A stretch of DNA of 24,036 nucleotides from a virus (lineage: Duplodnaviria; Caudoviricetes): positions 1-24,036 of the IMG/VR virus record IMGVR_UViG_3300005805_000491; one strand, given 5' to 3'. Shown piece by piece: positions 24,014 through 24,036 of the stretch. Below the pieces are notes generated by a model. That model was given only the letters and a program-made list of their open reading frames with translations, did not search any database and was not told the origin of the DNA. The translations under genes and the position numbers were made by a program. Numbering within the stretch: position 1 is the stretch's first letter; each line of letters opens with the position of its first letter.

Positions 24014-24036
24014 ATTTCAAATTTATCGCATAACGC

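Larger units (their letters stand above)
1..24036 (-). mobile_element. Tailed phage (siphovirus-like, HK97-type head) genome segment: packaging, head, tail, lysis and start of early/recombination module
   Basis: Canonical order terS-terL-portal-protease-capsid-connectors-tube-chaperone-TMP-tail tip-fibre-lysis. All genes are co-directional, many with ATGA/GTGA/TAATG overlaps. No sheath gene. Prophage versus free phage cannot be decided from this window. Confidence 0.97.

Noticed and set aside
24014-24036. cos/pac site upstream of terS
   Set aside because: Only 23 nt are available and no recognisable cohesive-end sequence is present. It probably lies outside the window.
1-24036. Gene transfer agent, tailocin or contractile injection system (prompted by the two tube genes)
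   Set aside because: No sheath or wedge genes. A full head-packaging set plus linked early recombination and regulatory genes fits an ordinary non-contractile phage.

Overview
The whole window is a gene-dense segment of a tailed dsDNA phage with siphovirus-like, HK97-type head morphogenesis. Every credible gene is on the minus strand. Read right to left it contains: terminase small and large subunits, portal, prohead protease, major capsid, putative decoration protein, four head-tail joining genes, two tandem tail-tube paralogues, a tail assembly chaperone with a -1 frameshift (gpG/gpGT), tape measure, a 1478-aa tail tip/hub protein and a mosaic tail fibre with small accessory genes. Next come an extended lysis cluster (M15A peptidase endolysin, three unknown genes, holin) and a metallophosphoesterase plus a small HTH-like gene. 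After a sigma70-like, apparently leaderless promoter, an early module follows: RHH-like protein, two small ORFs, an XRE HTH protein, a YqaJ-like exonuclease with a Cas4-like Cys pattern, and a RecT-like annealase cut by the window edge. No integrase, tRNA, rRNA or CRISPR array was seen. The most unusual points are: no separate distal tail (Dit) gene, but a tube paralogue carrying a Dit-like insertion; a lysis cluster with no recognisable spanin pair but a TM/coiled-coil/CX5C protein; an intrinsic-terminator-like element inside the holin gene; and the probable Fe-S YqaJ nuclease. All family calls come from motif recognition, not database searches.
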